Positions 36,301 to 51,300 of a stretch of DNA of 64,000 nucleotides are shown piece by piece; positions within the stretch are counted from its first letter, which is position 1, and every line of letters begins with the position of its first letter. A model generated the notes under the pieces. That model searched no databases. It worked only from the letters and a program-made list of their open reading frames with translations, and was not told where the DNA came from. This DNA comes from Octopus vulgaris. Taxonomy: Eukaryota. The position numbers and the translations under genes are program-made. Location: the NCBI GenBank assembly GCA_951406725.2, contig OX597821.1, positions 101,184,001 through 101,248,000 on the forward strand, given 5' to 3'.

Positions 36301-39297
36301 CTGTTGCCTTCCCATTTTTGTGGCTTAACAGCTGTAAATTTATTTTCTTTCATTTGGTTGCTATATAAACTAATATATGGTTTCATTTGGTTTCAACATT
36401 ATTATTAGTAATATCAGTATTATCATCATCATCTTCGTCAGTTTTCAATTACTTAACAGATGTAAGAAATGTGTCTAAGTATGCATGTGCTTATACACAT
36501 GTTCATATTGAATGAGATAAAGAGAGAAATTCCAAGCATTCTTTACTTTTTTATGTTGTCATATTTAAAATCAAAATGGAAGCTATTGATCTTTTTAAAA
36601 CCTTTACTTTGTATAACTTTTGGAAATTATACTATCTGTACTTTTTTTTTTTTTTAATATATGCATTGACTTTTATTGCTTTATTTGTTCCAATTATACA
36701 TAGGAAAAAATTAGCTGAATTTTTCTGTTACATAGAGGAATAGGATAAAATAAAATGAATTTTTTTTAATAGATTCCCTTCAAGTACATGTTTTAACAAG
36801 GTTTAGCTACTTCATTAAATATTTCAGTTACCATTATAGAAATGTTTAAATTTCCTCCCATTTTTCATTGAGTTTCATTTTCCAACCATTTTTCTTTTCC
36901 CTATTTTAGAATAAAAATCAATTTTTGTCAATATTTCCTTAGATTTTAAAGCCCACTGATGTCTCTACACCAAAGAAAACAATTATTTTTTTCAAAGTTA
37001 TTAAAATAATAAGGTTGTTATTGGTTAAAATGCTATAGTTAAATTTCAATGGAGAGAATATATGTATATTGAAAAGATCAGCCCTTCTTTCTAGTAAAAG
37101 ATCAGCAAAATTGTCATATAAGTGTTAATAAGATAATATTGAGTTTAACAGTTTAAAGTCTTGCAGTTGTAAGACTCCTAAATTATCAATTTTTAAGTGT
37201 CTTATTTTGTCACAACATGTTTGCTCATAAATATTTTCCTCAAAACTATTATCTGATTTTAATGTAGTTTGTTTCTGTAATGAGAACACAAATAGAAGAG
37301 AGCTGAACTTGACAGTTTATAGCAGCCAGTTTAATATCTTCAGCTCCAATCCTGCTAGAATTGTCTTTCATGAAACTGGGATCCATAGATAAAAAACATC
37401 AGTAATATACTTTGGTTCATCTCTGTTAACTGTTACATTTTAAAACATGAGTATTTATGCAAGAATAGTAATATTTAATTCCAATAATTTTTCTATATCA
37501 TATAATTGTTTTACATATCAGTAGTAGAATAATTTTTCATTAAAAAAATTAATCTACTGACTCAAAGCGATTCACCTTAGACACACATGGACATATACAC
37601 ATGTACAAATGTATGCATTTTCTACATTTGTGTGTATTCAATAGTTCACCACAGGCTCCTTCAAGAGACCTCTTTATAGAATTTTTCATACAAATTTATC
37701 AAAAATCGTTTCTATAGATCACTTCATCTTCAAATTTTTATAGATTCTTACACTTGGTAAGAATTTCTGGTTCCATGTATAAGTGTATAACTGAGTCTTT
37801 AGTATGATCCTAATGGATCCAATTGATGTGTTATATATAAAAAAAAAAAATTCAAAAGACCAATCACCTGAGGATTGAGAATAAGAACTTCTGAGTAATG
37901 ACTCGCACAGACTCAGCTCTGAAAAACTTTTACTCTGCTCTTTTTAACAGTACTGAGTATTGTCTGTCACTTAATTGCTTTCACACCAATGTGATATCAC
38001 CAGTCACTAAAACAAGATATGCACACAGAAAATTTTATTTCCATACTCAACAAAATTCTTATGTTAGATTTGAACATATGCCATGTTTTGTTTTTTCTTT
38101 TTTCTTTGGAGAAGTAGTTATGATCTAACTGTCTGAAGTATGTTATGGCAATCATAAGTTCAGCAATTTAATCAAATATCTATTAGATCTTTATAAAACA
38201 CTAGTGAGTCAAAGAAATAAATTATTTTTAACAAATACTGACTAATATGTAAATGAAGAGCCAACATTACACAATTATTGGCAATTTATTCTTATATATT
38301 AAAACATCTGTGTTTACATTAAAAGAATCTTATTCTTTTGCACTTAATTTGATATCTTTCATATTGAATTTTATTTATCCCATTATATTTCCAGTTAAAC
38401 TTCATTCATTTTATCAATTTCTGGCAATAACAATTGATCCATCTTTCTATAAGATAAACGCAACACATTTATCCTTAGACTGTAGACCTGGTCCAAATGC
38501 TTACAAAAGTATGAACTCTGTTAAAGACATCCAAGGGTGTCGGTGGTGTTAAACTGATAACAAACTAGGTTTGCTTTTCCTACTTAATACATTTTCTTCA
38601 TTTCTATAAATTTTTGTTCATTTAGGGAAAAGTTTTTTATGATAACATTTAAATTCAAAGCTCTTTGTAATTTTCTGTTTGAAACAAATGTGTGAATTGG
38701 GGTGTCATGCTCAATATATCATCCATCATTTAATGTCCATTTTCCATGCTGACATGAGTTAAACAGTTTGATGGGTTAAAAGACTGCATCATATTTCATT
38801 ATCTACTTTAGCATGCTTTCTATGGCTAGATACCCTTTATAATGGCAACCACCTTACAACATATACTGAGTGCTTTTATTTTTAATGCCACCAACATAGT
38901 GAGGACACCATGCAGCTTGCAAGATTACAAACCCAAAGAGATGTGGTTTTATACTAGGAAATGTGGGATTAAAGTATAAGGGAAGAGGCCAATGGGGAAC
39001 AGGTTTCTTGCTGTAAAGGAGCTACTTGGCTACTCAGAATTTAGAAGTGGAGATGATTGGGTGGAGCTGGGAAAAAATAAAAATAGTGGTGATGAGGTAA
39101 TTGGATGGATCCTCAAGGTATAAGGTGGTTAGAAGTGAATGGGGGAAAAGGAACCAGGAGTGTGGATGGGTAGAAGGAATGTATGGGAGAATCAGAACTG
39201 GGGAATGGATGTGGGGTGGGGCTTTATAAATTATAGTTTCCAATGAGAATAAATATAATTTATTCATTCTGGGAAATCAAATGTAAAATCTTACATT

Positions 39298-39344
<47 letters not shown>

Positions 39345-42300
39345 TTGTTTAATTTTTTGGTGAAATTTATATTTAGTTTATATTGGAGTTTTATATTATG
39401 ATAAGCTATATGTATTTGTGTTTAGTAATACTTACCCAACATTGCTACCATACTGATGACATTCATACTTATGCTGAGGTTCATCTCCCCTTCTGTGACA
39501 GACGTGATACTTAGTCCCAAACCACCTCCTGGTACACAAGTTGTGGAAAGTAAACCAAATCGTATGCTGTCATCAACAGGTAATGACATTGCTATTCCAA
39601 ATGCAATCTGAAAGAAAAATAGAACAGTGTTCTTAAACTGTTAATTACTTGACTAGCATGCATATGGCTTATCACTATCATCACCATTTTTATGATCATT
39701 TTTTTCATCATTGCTTGGACTAGATGGATCTTCTCAAACAGAGCACCTCACTACTTACCACATCTCCTATGAGTTTCAGCTTCCTGAGATCAGTTTTCAC
39801 TACTTTATCACCATATCTTCCTCGGTCTTCCTTCCATTTAGATTGCTTGGCACTTCTTTACTTAATTTCATCCTTCATAAGTATTGTATGTCTGTTCTAG
39901 CTCAGTCTTCTCTCTAGCATACTACATCTAATTCCTTAGCTCATTTGTTTTTCATTGTTCATGTACACCAATGTTACACATCCAGAGCATGTATCTATGG
40001 TACACCATGTGGATTTTTACTCCTTTTCTCCATATTGAACATGGCCATTTTACAAATGACAGTTCTCTTATTTCTTGTTTATTAAAATTTTAATCTTTGC
40101 TAAGTTTACTTTGATGCCTCTTCATTCTAGATTTTACTTCCTCATTTAGAATTTCTTTTCTAAATCTTCAGCAGCTATAACTAGATCATTGCTTAGGAAC
40201 TCTTACAAATGGCTTGTCTTAAACTCTATTGTTATTTCCTAGAGAACTACAATAAACAGGAAAGGTTTGAGAACCAAACCCTTGTGGATATCTAAAAGTA
40301 TGCTAAATTCCTTGCTGAATCTATTATTGATTCATACCTTGTTGGCAGTATTTCTATATATGTCTTGTATGGCTCTCACTAGCATACACATAATTTCCTT
40401 ACTATTCACCAGACTACATCATAATATATCATTTATTTGTGTAACACACACACGTACACACAACATCACTTTTCCATTTAAGTAGAAAAAAAGTGTCTTG
40501 TTTTTAAGCATATTTTCATTAATTTGATATTTGTTTCTAAAATATGTTTTAGCTATATTACAAAATATTGAATTTACCTAATATATAGATTTAGATATTG
40601 AATATAATATCAATTTAGATAAAACATATCTTTTCAACTGAGAAAATAGATATAATTGATGAAATGAACTGCTTTTCAATAGCTGTAGGTTTAAGGTGAT
40701 GGACTATTGATCTCTCACTTGTAAGTTCAAAAGAATTGTTTGCTACATAACTTTACAACCTCTTTGCAATCTTCATTTAATTTACTCGCTTTCCTTAAAT
40801 GGTGAGTTTCTACATACAATGTTTAATTATCATTGTTTTATTTTATTTTATTTTTGTTTACTTTTTTCTAGTCATTTGGAAGTTGTTTTTTGAAATCCAA
40901 ATGGCTTCACAAATAGCATTATTATCAGCTGAAGAAATACAGTAGATGTATCAATGATAGAAAGATGATGATAGGGTTTAGAGATAGCTATTTACTATAT
41001 AAAAGCATGTGAATGCACATTTCTTTGTCATTTCAGTTTTCCAGTTGAACTAAAACCCAGCAAATCTCCCCTAAATTAAACTTTGAAGGTTCAACATTAA
41101 GTGATTTTTATAAATTTATAGACGTTTTTTGTTCTGAATGAGAATTTTATGCTAGCAATACTTAGCAACACTTACATCACTGAAATCTTGCCAGATTTGT
41201 GGCTTTAACATATTTTAATTAACTCTAAGGTCTTTTAATTTAGATTCTGTAATATTGGAATATGGAGACATTGCAAATATAATGCATCGACCACCTAACA
41301 ATAATGCTAATATACTGACATAATATGTGAAACAATATTGATATATAACTCTATACATACATCCACAAATCAGCTGCTTTTTACCCAGTGTATTATTCCA
41401 ACTGATATATTATCTTATTGTGTAGCTAGCATTTATCTTGATAATTGATTTGGAAACCATTTATAAACAATTTTATAATGTTGACTATAAGCCATTAACC
41501 TTTAGATTTGTATTTTGCTGTTGTTGATTGATTACTCTATTCATCTGTGAATATATCTATAATACATTTAACGGTTTCATTAAGCATCTAGAACAGCTGC
41601 TAAATTTCATTTGGCTTTAGTGTGATTTTCAATCCTTTATATTAGTATTTAAATATATTTGATTAACTCCAGTGTAATTAAAGGTTAAAATTAATTATGA
41701 CAAGAATTAAACTTGTGTGGGGTTAAAATTCAATAACACATCACTCTCATACGTTACAGTATTGGATATCAGAATTATGTTTTAGATTCCAAGCACTGTT
41801 ACGAATCTAAAATAGCTGGTATTAGCTAGAAAGCTTGGAGAAAATTTCTTAATTCTAAGATTGGAGAATAGAAGATTATCTGTTGGAGTTGCATCCAGTT
41901 GCAGATCCTTAATTATATGGCATTTAGTCTCTGCTTGAAGACCCATCCCATTAATATTCTTTGACAAGGGGTGAGGAATAACAAAACACTGTAGATTGGT
42001 GACCTTGTACATTCACTAACCAGTAGACTGATTTATAACTTTGCTTGTATGTATCTTGCTAAGGTTCCAAACATTAGTTTGTGCTATTGTATTGAACCTT
42101 TCTGTAGAATAATAGTAGGAGGGGGAAAAAAAAGAAAAAATAGTTTAAAAAATGGGGAGTAATGTGACACAAAATAAAAAACAGAAACGTGAAATGAATA
42201 AAGATAGGAAAAGTGATCAGTTGAAAGGTGGGAAAAGGAAAAGCATGAATAGGTGTGATAATCTGTAAATATAGGAGTTAGGAGCGCAAATCTATCAATG

Positions 42301-45300
42301 AGCTGGTGGGGGAATACCACTAAAGACCCTGTAACCTACTCAATCAATGTAGTCTAGAGTTGTATAACCAATTAATTATCTAGTTCAGTTTGTTATTCTG
42401 CTGCAAGGCATTATCTCACTTTATTGCATTTTTGCTTTTCATATGTGATGCTAATTTATCATATTTTTACATAAATGCATTAGGGTAGTGTTAAATGCAT
42501 GCTACTGGAAATGTTACAGAATGTTCATTTTCAATGTCATAAATATTTCAGCAATTACATGTAAATATATAGTTTAGCTATTTCTATTAAGCTTCTGTTT
42601 GTAATGAGAAACGCTGTGCTTTTATTGTTTATGCTGTGGGGAAATGAATAAGTGTCACAACTTTCCATTTCTTCATCTCTAATAAAATTAATAGTTTCCT
42701 GATTATGTTAGTAATATATTTTATTGATTGTAAATTTGTGGATAACTGGTTAGATGGAAGTATAAAATACAGCTTTGCCTTCATTAATCTGCACATGACT
42801 TTTGGCCCACTCTTAGCTACTGGTATTATTGAAATAAGTTGTATTGCGTGATTGTGGCTGCATAACAGAGCCCCTAAGAAGTGAGCAGCATAGTCATGAT
42901 GGCTGGCAAAAATCTTAATGAGATAATGGCTCGTGTAATCAGGCTTACAAATGAGTTGTTATATTACTTGAAGTACATTGGACTCTGATGAATTGACTAC
43001 ATCAAGCCTTGAGTACTACTGACAATATAAGTATTACATGTGTGCATGTGTATTTTATTTTATGTACAAGGTTAGGTGTCTTTTATTGTACTTTTAGATG
43101 GAATTAAAAAATTTTCATGTAACCAGGGAAATATATTTGATTAGCTGAATGATTGTGATGATAATGATGATTTTAAATCATTTCTTCATTCCGAAAACTT
43201 CACTGCCTATGAACAACTCATTATTGATAGATGCAAAAAATAAAAAGAGAAAAAAATTGATCTGTTTCAAATATCCTTATATCACTTTTTCTATTAATGA
43301 AATATTTTGCTATTTGCTGTATTTATTTTCTATGTTCCTGTTTTGGCAATTTTATGGCATTTTAGATTGAATTTTTTTTATTTGTTTCTAGTTACTTCCT
43401 CACCAGTTAACATAGAGTATTTTCATAATAGCTATTTATGTAATATATCAATTTTATCATTTGCCAACATTTTGTTATCTTTTCAACTATTTCATGACTC
43501 TAAGGAAGGGAATCATTTGAATTAATTGAAATTAACTTTATTTCTTTGTTTACTTTGGCATTTAACTATTGGATTAAAAAAAAAAGTTATTTGCCATTAT
43601 TATATGTTAATGAATAAACATTATTATTATACATTGATAAATGTACATTATTGTTAAAAGTTGAGAAATATATGTAATAAGATATATATCACATTATTCT
43701 AACATTAATTATTAGATATATCTTTAAAAATGTATGCTGCACAGCAGAAGTTAACATATTCTTCTCACTTTTTTATATTTAAGTATGTAGCAATTTAGTT
43801 TTTTTTTATCTAACAATGAAGATTTTGAATGCAGTTGAAAGAATGACAAAGACTACAGTTACACACATATTGTTCATATGTAATGAACAGGACAATATGG
43901 TAATATTTTATTACCAAACAAAATTACATGGCTCATATCCACTAAAGTTCTTTCAGAAGAGATTAAGAATCTAATAATAATACAGTCCAATCAAGTTTAC
44001 TCAATGGCTTCTTTTTATACCATTGTTGTATCAATTTTAATATTTATCTCTTCACCTAACCTCATTTCATTTATTAGAATGTCTTTTTTCTTGTCTATTA
44101 TGACTTTTACATAATCTTAATTGTAGCTGCTTACTATAACTACTACTTTATCTAGTGTTTCTCCATAATCATGTCAAATATGTCTCACTATGAAATTCCT
44201 TGTGCTTTGTTATTTCTTTGCATTATTCATTATAGCAAGATGTTGGGTTGGCAGAATTGTTAGAGCATCAGTAAAGCGCATCATGGTATTTTGCTACATC
44301 TTTTTACATTCTAAACTCAGATTCTGCTGAGGTTGATTATACTTTCATCTGTCTGGGTCAATAAAATAAAGTACCAGTCAAGTACTGGTTTAAATTTGAT
44401 AACTGTGCTCCATTTGGAAATTTGAGCACCAGTACCTACATCAGAGATTATTATTAGCCTCCCTGAGGTTGATTTTGCCTTTCATCCTTTCATCCAACTG
44501 AGCACCAGGATCAATGTAATTGACAAATTTCCCACTAAAACTGCTGGCTATGTGCTAAAATTTGAAATAATTATTATTAGAAAATTGTAGAAATAGTAGC
44601 GTTGGACAAAATGCCTTGTAATATTTAGTTATCCCTTCACATTCCGAGTAAAATTTCAACAGTCATTAAAGTACCAGTAATATATGACGGTCAATCTCAT
44701 TGACTACTTCTTTACTTGACTCCCATAATTTTGTGGCTTTGTGCCTACAGTAAAATGTTACATGCAAAAACAGTTGAAGGTGCACTTCTAACAAAGACTT
44801 GACATAGATTTCCAATTCATTGTGGTCCATTCTATAAAATTTTTTTTTTCCTAGAAGAGTGATCAGTGCCATCCAGTATGATAGTGTGCTACACACTGTG
44901 AAGTGGTTGGCATTAGGAAGGGCATCCAACCTTAAAAACCATGCCAAAACAGATATTAGAGCTCAAGGCAGTCCTTGGGTACATCAGATCCTATGAAACC
45001 ATTCAACCCATGCCAGTATGGAACATGGATGTTAAATGAATGATGATGATGATGATGATGTCATTGATTAGAAATGATTTTAAAAAATCATGGTTAATAT
45101 ATTGTTAATTTGATCCATTCTTTTTTAATTTTATCTCTCAAGAGACATCTGCCTTCAAAAAATGGTTATTACTGGGGTTATTGTCATTAGGATGATACAT
45201 ATGCCTTAGATTACTGGCTAAGATGTTGTGTTTAGTTTTAAATCCATTCACTCTTAACTTGATTTTACTTTTCATCCTTTCAGGATCAATGAATACCAGT

Positions 45301-48300
45301 AATTTATTGGGCTTCAGCTGATTCCAGCTGTTTACAGACATTGTTTTTAAGTCTATACAAAGAATCAATTTTATCAGTATATATATTATATACATAATTA
45401 GATGCTTTACTACATTGGAGATATGTTGACCTGATATTTTTCATTTGTTTTGTGAACCCCAACACTTTCCATTTGTAATAGGCTAGTCAAAACCATACTA
45501 AATTGTTTCCAATATTTCTAGATAATCTTTCATCATATACATTTATAATTTGATCATATATCTGAATATTCACTCTTGCTAGCAGCACCTAATGCCATTA
45601 CTTCATTATTACATATAGATTGTATCCATCCATTCTTTGTGAAGCCAAAAATTCTCTTAGCTCTGCAAGCTCTATGTGTTATAATATCACTGTCCCTTAC
45701 ACTAATATTATAAAAATTTCACAACGTGTCCATTAATTTTGGTTGAATTATCATCATAACTGAAGTTCTATAAACTTGGACCTTTTGTTTTGTTTTGGTT
45801 TGTGTTGTTTTATCACTTCTTTTGAAACAGGGAAAATGTTGATACTCTGTTGCATGAAAGGATGTAACCATTTCCGCTGCTTATATAATATTAAATTCTT
45901 ACTTACACATTAGTCTATCTTGTTGTAAAAGCTTTATATCACTTTTTAACATACATCACCACCTAAAATTATTAATCCCATCAATCTTATGCCTTAAATT
46001 AATCATTTACGTGCTTCAAACTTCTTATGTAACTCAGAATTATCTCCTCTCTATCTAAAGCTTGTTATCAGGTTTTAAAACCTGCAAAAAAAATTTTTTT
46101 AAATATAAAATTAGATTGTTTTGTGATTTATACCAAATTCCTTGTTACCACTTAATTTTACACTATTTGTCATATTCTTTTGCATTCACTTACTACTTTA
46201 TTTTTTATCTTCTACTTGATTTCTTTTATTGGTAATATTGTTTTGAAACCTAAGCAAATACATTTTTCAGTTGTGAAATGTATGTGCATTTTGCTTTCTA
46301 AATATTTCCCTAATATTTGGCACAGATGAAATATATGATTTATTGTTTTATATTCTGGCATAAAACGAAACTGGATTTGTGTGATAGTCGTTCATTCCTT
46401 GATTACTTTTGCACTAACATTTCTGCATTTTAGAATATCCAATTTAAGGCTATAATTGCTCTACTTAAAAACATCATCATCATATATAAGCATTTTTATG
46501 TATGCAATGCCAAAATGTTTTTTTACACCATATCTCCTTGATAGATATTTTCTTGTTGATCACTTTTTTATAGACCCAACTGTTTGCCATCAGTGCTTGT
46601 TAAATATCTCCTGACCAGTTGCAAATCTCATCATTATGATCATTGTTGTTTTAATACCTATATTTTTTTTTCATACTCCTAAAAGCTGAAGATATATGCT
46701 GTATGGTACATAGCCATTCTTCTCAATCATGTATAATCTCTTCTGTGAGGTCTAAAATTGCTGGGTCAGACCTCTTCATTCTTCCTATATCCTTCATAAT
46801 CAGCCTCTATTGCAAATATTAATAGTCTCTGGTATCATTATATAGTGCTTGTCCTGTCAGCTGGTATCATCTGTTTGCAAATTATAATAATTAAAATCAC
46901 CCCTATGAACTTTTGTTTGGATTCTGACCTTGAATATTTATATAGTCAATTATATTACCCATTTTCTTACATTTTTCGTTACTCAAATTGCTGATTTCAT
47001 GCCTTTGTAAGAATTTGTTGTTGTCTTTTTGAAGTGCTATTTTCAATATGTCTTTATTATTTAGATGTAATTACATTGTTGCAAATATATTTTTACAATA
47101 ATTACAAGAAAATTGTCATACTGTACAAAAGAACAAATGCAAAGAAAATAATTGCCACAATTACAATCATATCTCTTGTTATAGTCAGTACTCTTTGCTC
47201 AAATGGTTTTGCAAATGTTTTAGAAACTTGCAGACAGAGTACATCTACATCACAATGTGATTTCTGTACCAAAATAGGTTTACTTATGTAGACTTGATAT
47301 TTTTACTGCACCAGCTTCAAGAAAAGTGTTGAGAATAGAATCATTCACTGTTCTGAGTCTTTAATCCTTTTACTTCATAAGTAGAGATGGCTTGTTTAAT
47401 ATTTTACTACCCATTAATTGCCCACCTAAGCAAGTGAAGTGTTGAGTAAAGCAAAGATATGACGCTGCCCAACACATTTTGATAATTCCTTTGTTCTGCT
47501 CCTGAAGCCTGCATTCAATTCCTCAGCCAATGATCTCCCTGAATACTCAAGGTCTGATGCCTGGCTCTTCAATATAGCCAGAATAAAGATCAAAACTTTC
47601 TCACAATCAGTTTCAAGACCCAAAACAAGGATCACGGAACTCCATCATTAAGATTAAAGTGAGGAACTGGATGTGGTCCACAAGTTTCTACATTTTGGCT
47701 CCACTGTTACAGATAACCTTGCCCTAGAAGCAGAAATCACCAAGTGCATTGGCAAAGCTACTTCTCTCAGGACCTATGAAAATACAAGAAGATAAGTAAT
47801 CAGTAGCTCAAAGCATCTACTAAATTCAATGTATGTAAGAACTATTGCCAGTGCACTTCTGTACAATGGTGAGATACTCTTCACAAAAGCACAATCTTCA
47901 AATATTTCATATGAAATGTTGGCAAAAATTCCCTGAGATCAAATAGCAGGACAGGATCTGCCCCGTTGCTGTACTTGCTAGGGTGAACAGCCCCTCCATA
48001 GTAACTTTCCAGTGCTAATGATAGTATAGACATGGTCATCATATGAGTGATGTTTGTATTCCAAAACACCTTTTCTATGGTGAACTGATATCCGGATAAA
48101 GGGACTAAGGCAGCTGAGATGTAAAGATGCATGCAAGCATGATATGTAAGTAACCAATATCAGTGTAATAGCTAGAAACCAGTCTAGCCCATCATTTCTT
48201 GATTATAAGACCAATATTTAAAAGAAGATACCCTACTACTAAAATATTAGTGAGTCAACAGCCATCAGTATTTTATATATATGTCAGCTATTTTCTTCAG

Positions 48301-51300
48301 TCCTGAGCCAAAAAATTAACTAACTAACTCTTCCTTTATTAGTTTTGTTTTAGTTTGTTTCATATCTTTCTTCATTTTATCACATACTAATTGTTTAGAT
48401 TGGGATATATTTTGTCTTTTCATAATTTACAAGCTTTATTAAATTCCTTTTGAATAAAAGAATAATTTTCTTCAGTTTCTTTACACAGATGTTATATGCA
48501 CCTTTATAATTACTTTTTTTTTTCTTTTTCCAATATTTATACACTTATAGTTTTTAATCTTTCTTTTTTTTTTCCTAGAAAATGAAGGGTAGTTATTGAA
48601 ATATTTTTTTAACAAAATTGTTGATATTTTTAACAAAATATTCAAGTATATTTGTTTTAGTCTCTTCATTGGCTTTGAGAACTGCTTACATATTAGAGCT
48701 ATGCCAAGAAGAAAATAGAAACTGTTTATACTTATGAGCCTGGGAAAGAGCCAGTGGAGAAGAGGTAGTTGTCATCTACCTTTTTTATTATCCAGTGTAT
48801 TAACATGAGTACATTTTACCAGGCGCCAATAAGCATATTTAGGCTTACATCCATATAAAGCACAAAAAATTGAAATTTCTATATATGCCAACAGCCTAAA
48901 TTAAAATATCTATTTTCTTAAGGAGAGCATAATGAGATGTTTATAACAGTCAAAACCCTTCTACACCAACAGGGCTATTGAAATGCTAAACAATGACATC
49001 TAAACTAATAGGAGAAGGCTTGTAAGGATTTAAAAGAGGCAAACAGATCACTATTTTAAGATGGTTTCCAACTTTTCAAATACCTTGTCCAATACCTTGG
49101 CAAAAGAAAGAAGAATTATATGGATGCAAATTCTATTTTGTCCTCGCCTTAACCCATTTGTTACCGTATTTATTTTGAGATACTTTGTGTTTCTTTTAAT
49201 TAATTTTATATATAACAAAGAATTTAGTAAAATAACTTAGTTATCATTAAGCTAGTGTTAGGAACATAAATTGTGATTAAGGTTTGGTGGAAGATTTTAA
49301 TTCACAACTTTGAAAACAAGATCTTTGTATTACAGAGCCAGGGGCGGTTTCAGCCGGGTTGGTAACGAAAAGGTTAAAGAAAGGATAGAATCAAAAAATT
49401 TTAATATTTAAGAATTTCAGTATTTTGATAGGTGGGTCTTGGTATCTGTCAGTCTAAGAACTGCTGACCCAGACAACTTATTTGGAAGGCACAAATATCT
49501 GCTGCATTATCTGAGAATTTTATCCTTTCATTTGCATGAGTGATCCTAATTTATTGAAACTTGTTCTGTGTAGCTCTGCCCTGTAAATTACAAGAATAGT
49601 ACGGTCAATAATTGCTCAAAGGAAGGTAAAAATATTATCCCTGAAGTGGACTGAAATGTAGTGTATGAATTTGATATCAAATTAAGACTTTTCTGCTCTT
49701 GTGAACATTAAATTTCAACTACCATCAATCTTTCTGATTATATGTATAGTAAGTTTTAGTTTCACTTATTTTGTTATATTCCAATTAATCATATTTCATA
49801 TGTGAAAAATACGATATAGAAGCAGAATCTTTAGCTAAAGTATAGAACTAGAATTTGTTTTATTCAGTATTAACCTGATATATATTTTGACATAATTTTA
49901 CTGTATGAAATATCTTTTTTACTTTTATTTCGTAACCATTTGAATAAAATATGTATCAGCAGATGCCCTTGTTTTCTCCAATCTGTGAAAAGAGAAGCCT
50001 TGTTAATTTAATAAACCCTATTATTCAAAACCATTTTCCCCAAATTATCTTCACCCTGGCTTAAGGAGTCATTTCATATTTATGAAATGCTGCATAGAGA
50101 TTTGTTAGATAAATCAATGTTGCAGGTATTAGATTACTGGTTAAAAGAATACTAGCTGTTTTTAATTACTGATAAACCAAATAGCTATATACTTTGTTTA
50201 TAAATAAGCAAACATCAAGGAATTAATTCTTTACTTTTACTTGAAATGTTCTCTCTAATTAAATAGATTCATGGGGAAAATAGATTTTGTGTCACTAATG
50301 TTCACTCATTTAAGAATTATTGTAAAACATATATGATGGTGAGGTTTTATATTCCTGAACTAGGCATTGCTTTCATATGATCAATTCTTTACATAAACAT
50401 TATTGAGACTAGACAACAATTGCATATTTTACCTACCTTAAAAATAATGTACTGAATATGATTTATTATTATAATTTCAAAATTGAACATCCCTATAACT
50501 TCATCATCATAATTTAACATCAGTTTTCCATGCTGGCATGGGTTAGATGGTTTACCTGGAGATGATAAGCCAGAGAGCTGCACCGGGCTCCATAAATTAT
50601 AGCCCATGTGTTCATCATAATATCCATGATTTCATGCTGCATGGGATTGATTTCTGTGCTGTACATCATATCATCGCTCATCTCAATGCTACATCATCGG
50701 TCTGTGAGGCTGAGTATCCTAATAACTGATCGCTCCTTTTTTGTCCTATACAATTTTCTTCTGAATTCCTTTTAGCTATTTCTCTCTCTCTCTCACATAC
50801 ACACACATGTTTTCACCCAACAATCATTATCTATTTGTATCACATGTCCACCCAATACAGTTGACTTTTACAATACATACATTAGACAATGTCTTTAATG
50901 CCTAGCTGCTCTCTTGGTGCACTTGTGCTTTGCATTTCATGCACTATAGCATTACATATCCAATGGGTCATACTTGTATTATTTCTCTTCTACCTTCATA
51001 GACCTTCTACTTACAATGTCCATTTTAAGGGTTCAACTAAAAAGAAAAAAAATGATAAGTATTATGATAACTATAGCTAACAGATACATTTATGTCCTTG
51101 TGTTACTAGACTGTAGAACATAAAATGCTTTTCTAAGCAGGCAAACCAACTCTGGGGAAGTTAAGTGATACATAGCTCTTCAATACATTTTTCTGTTTCC
51201 TTGTCTGTTTTCCACATCTCTCTCACTATCTTTCTATTTGTTTATTTCTTTATCAGCTGGTCTTAATGTGCCTGTCTGTTTTATACACACGCACATGGAA

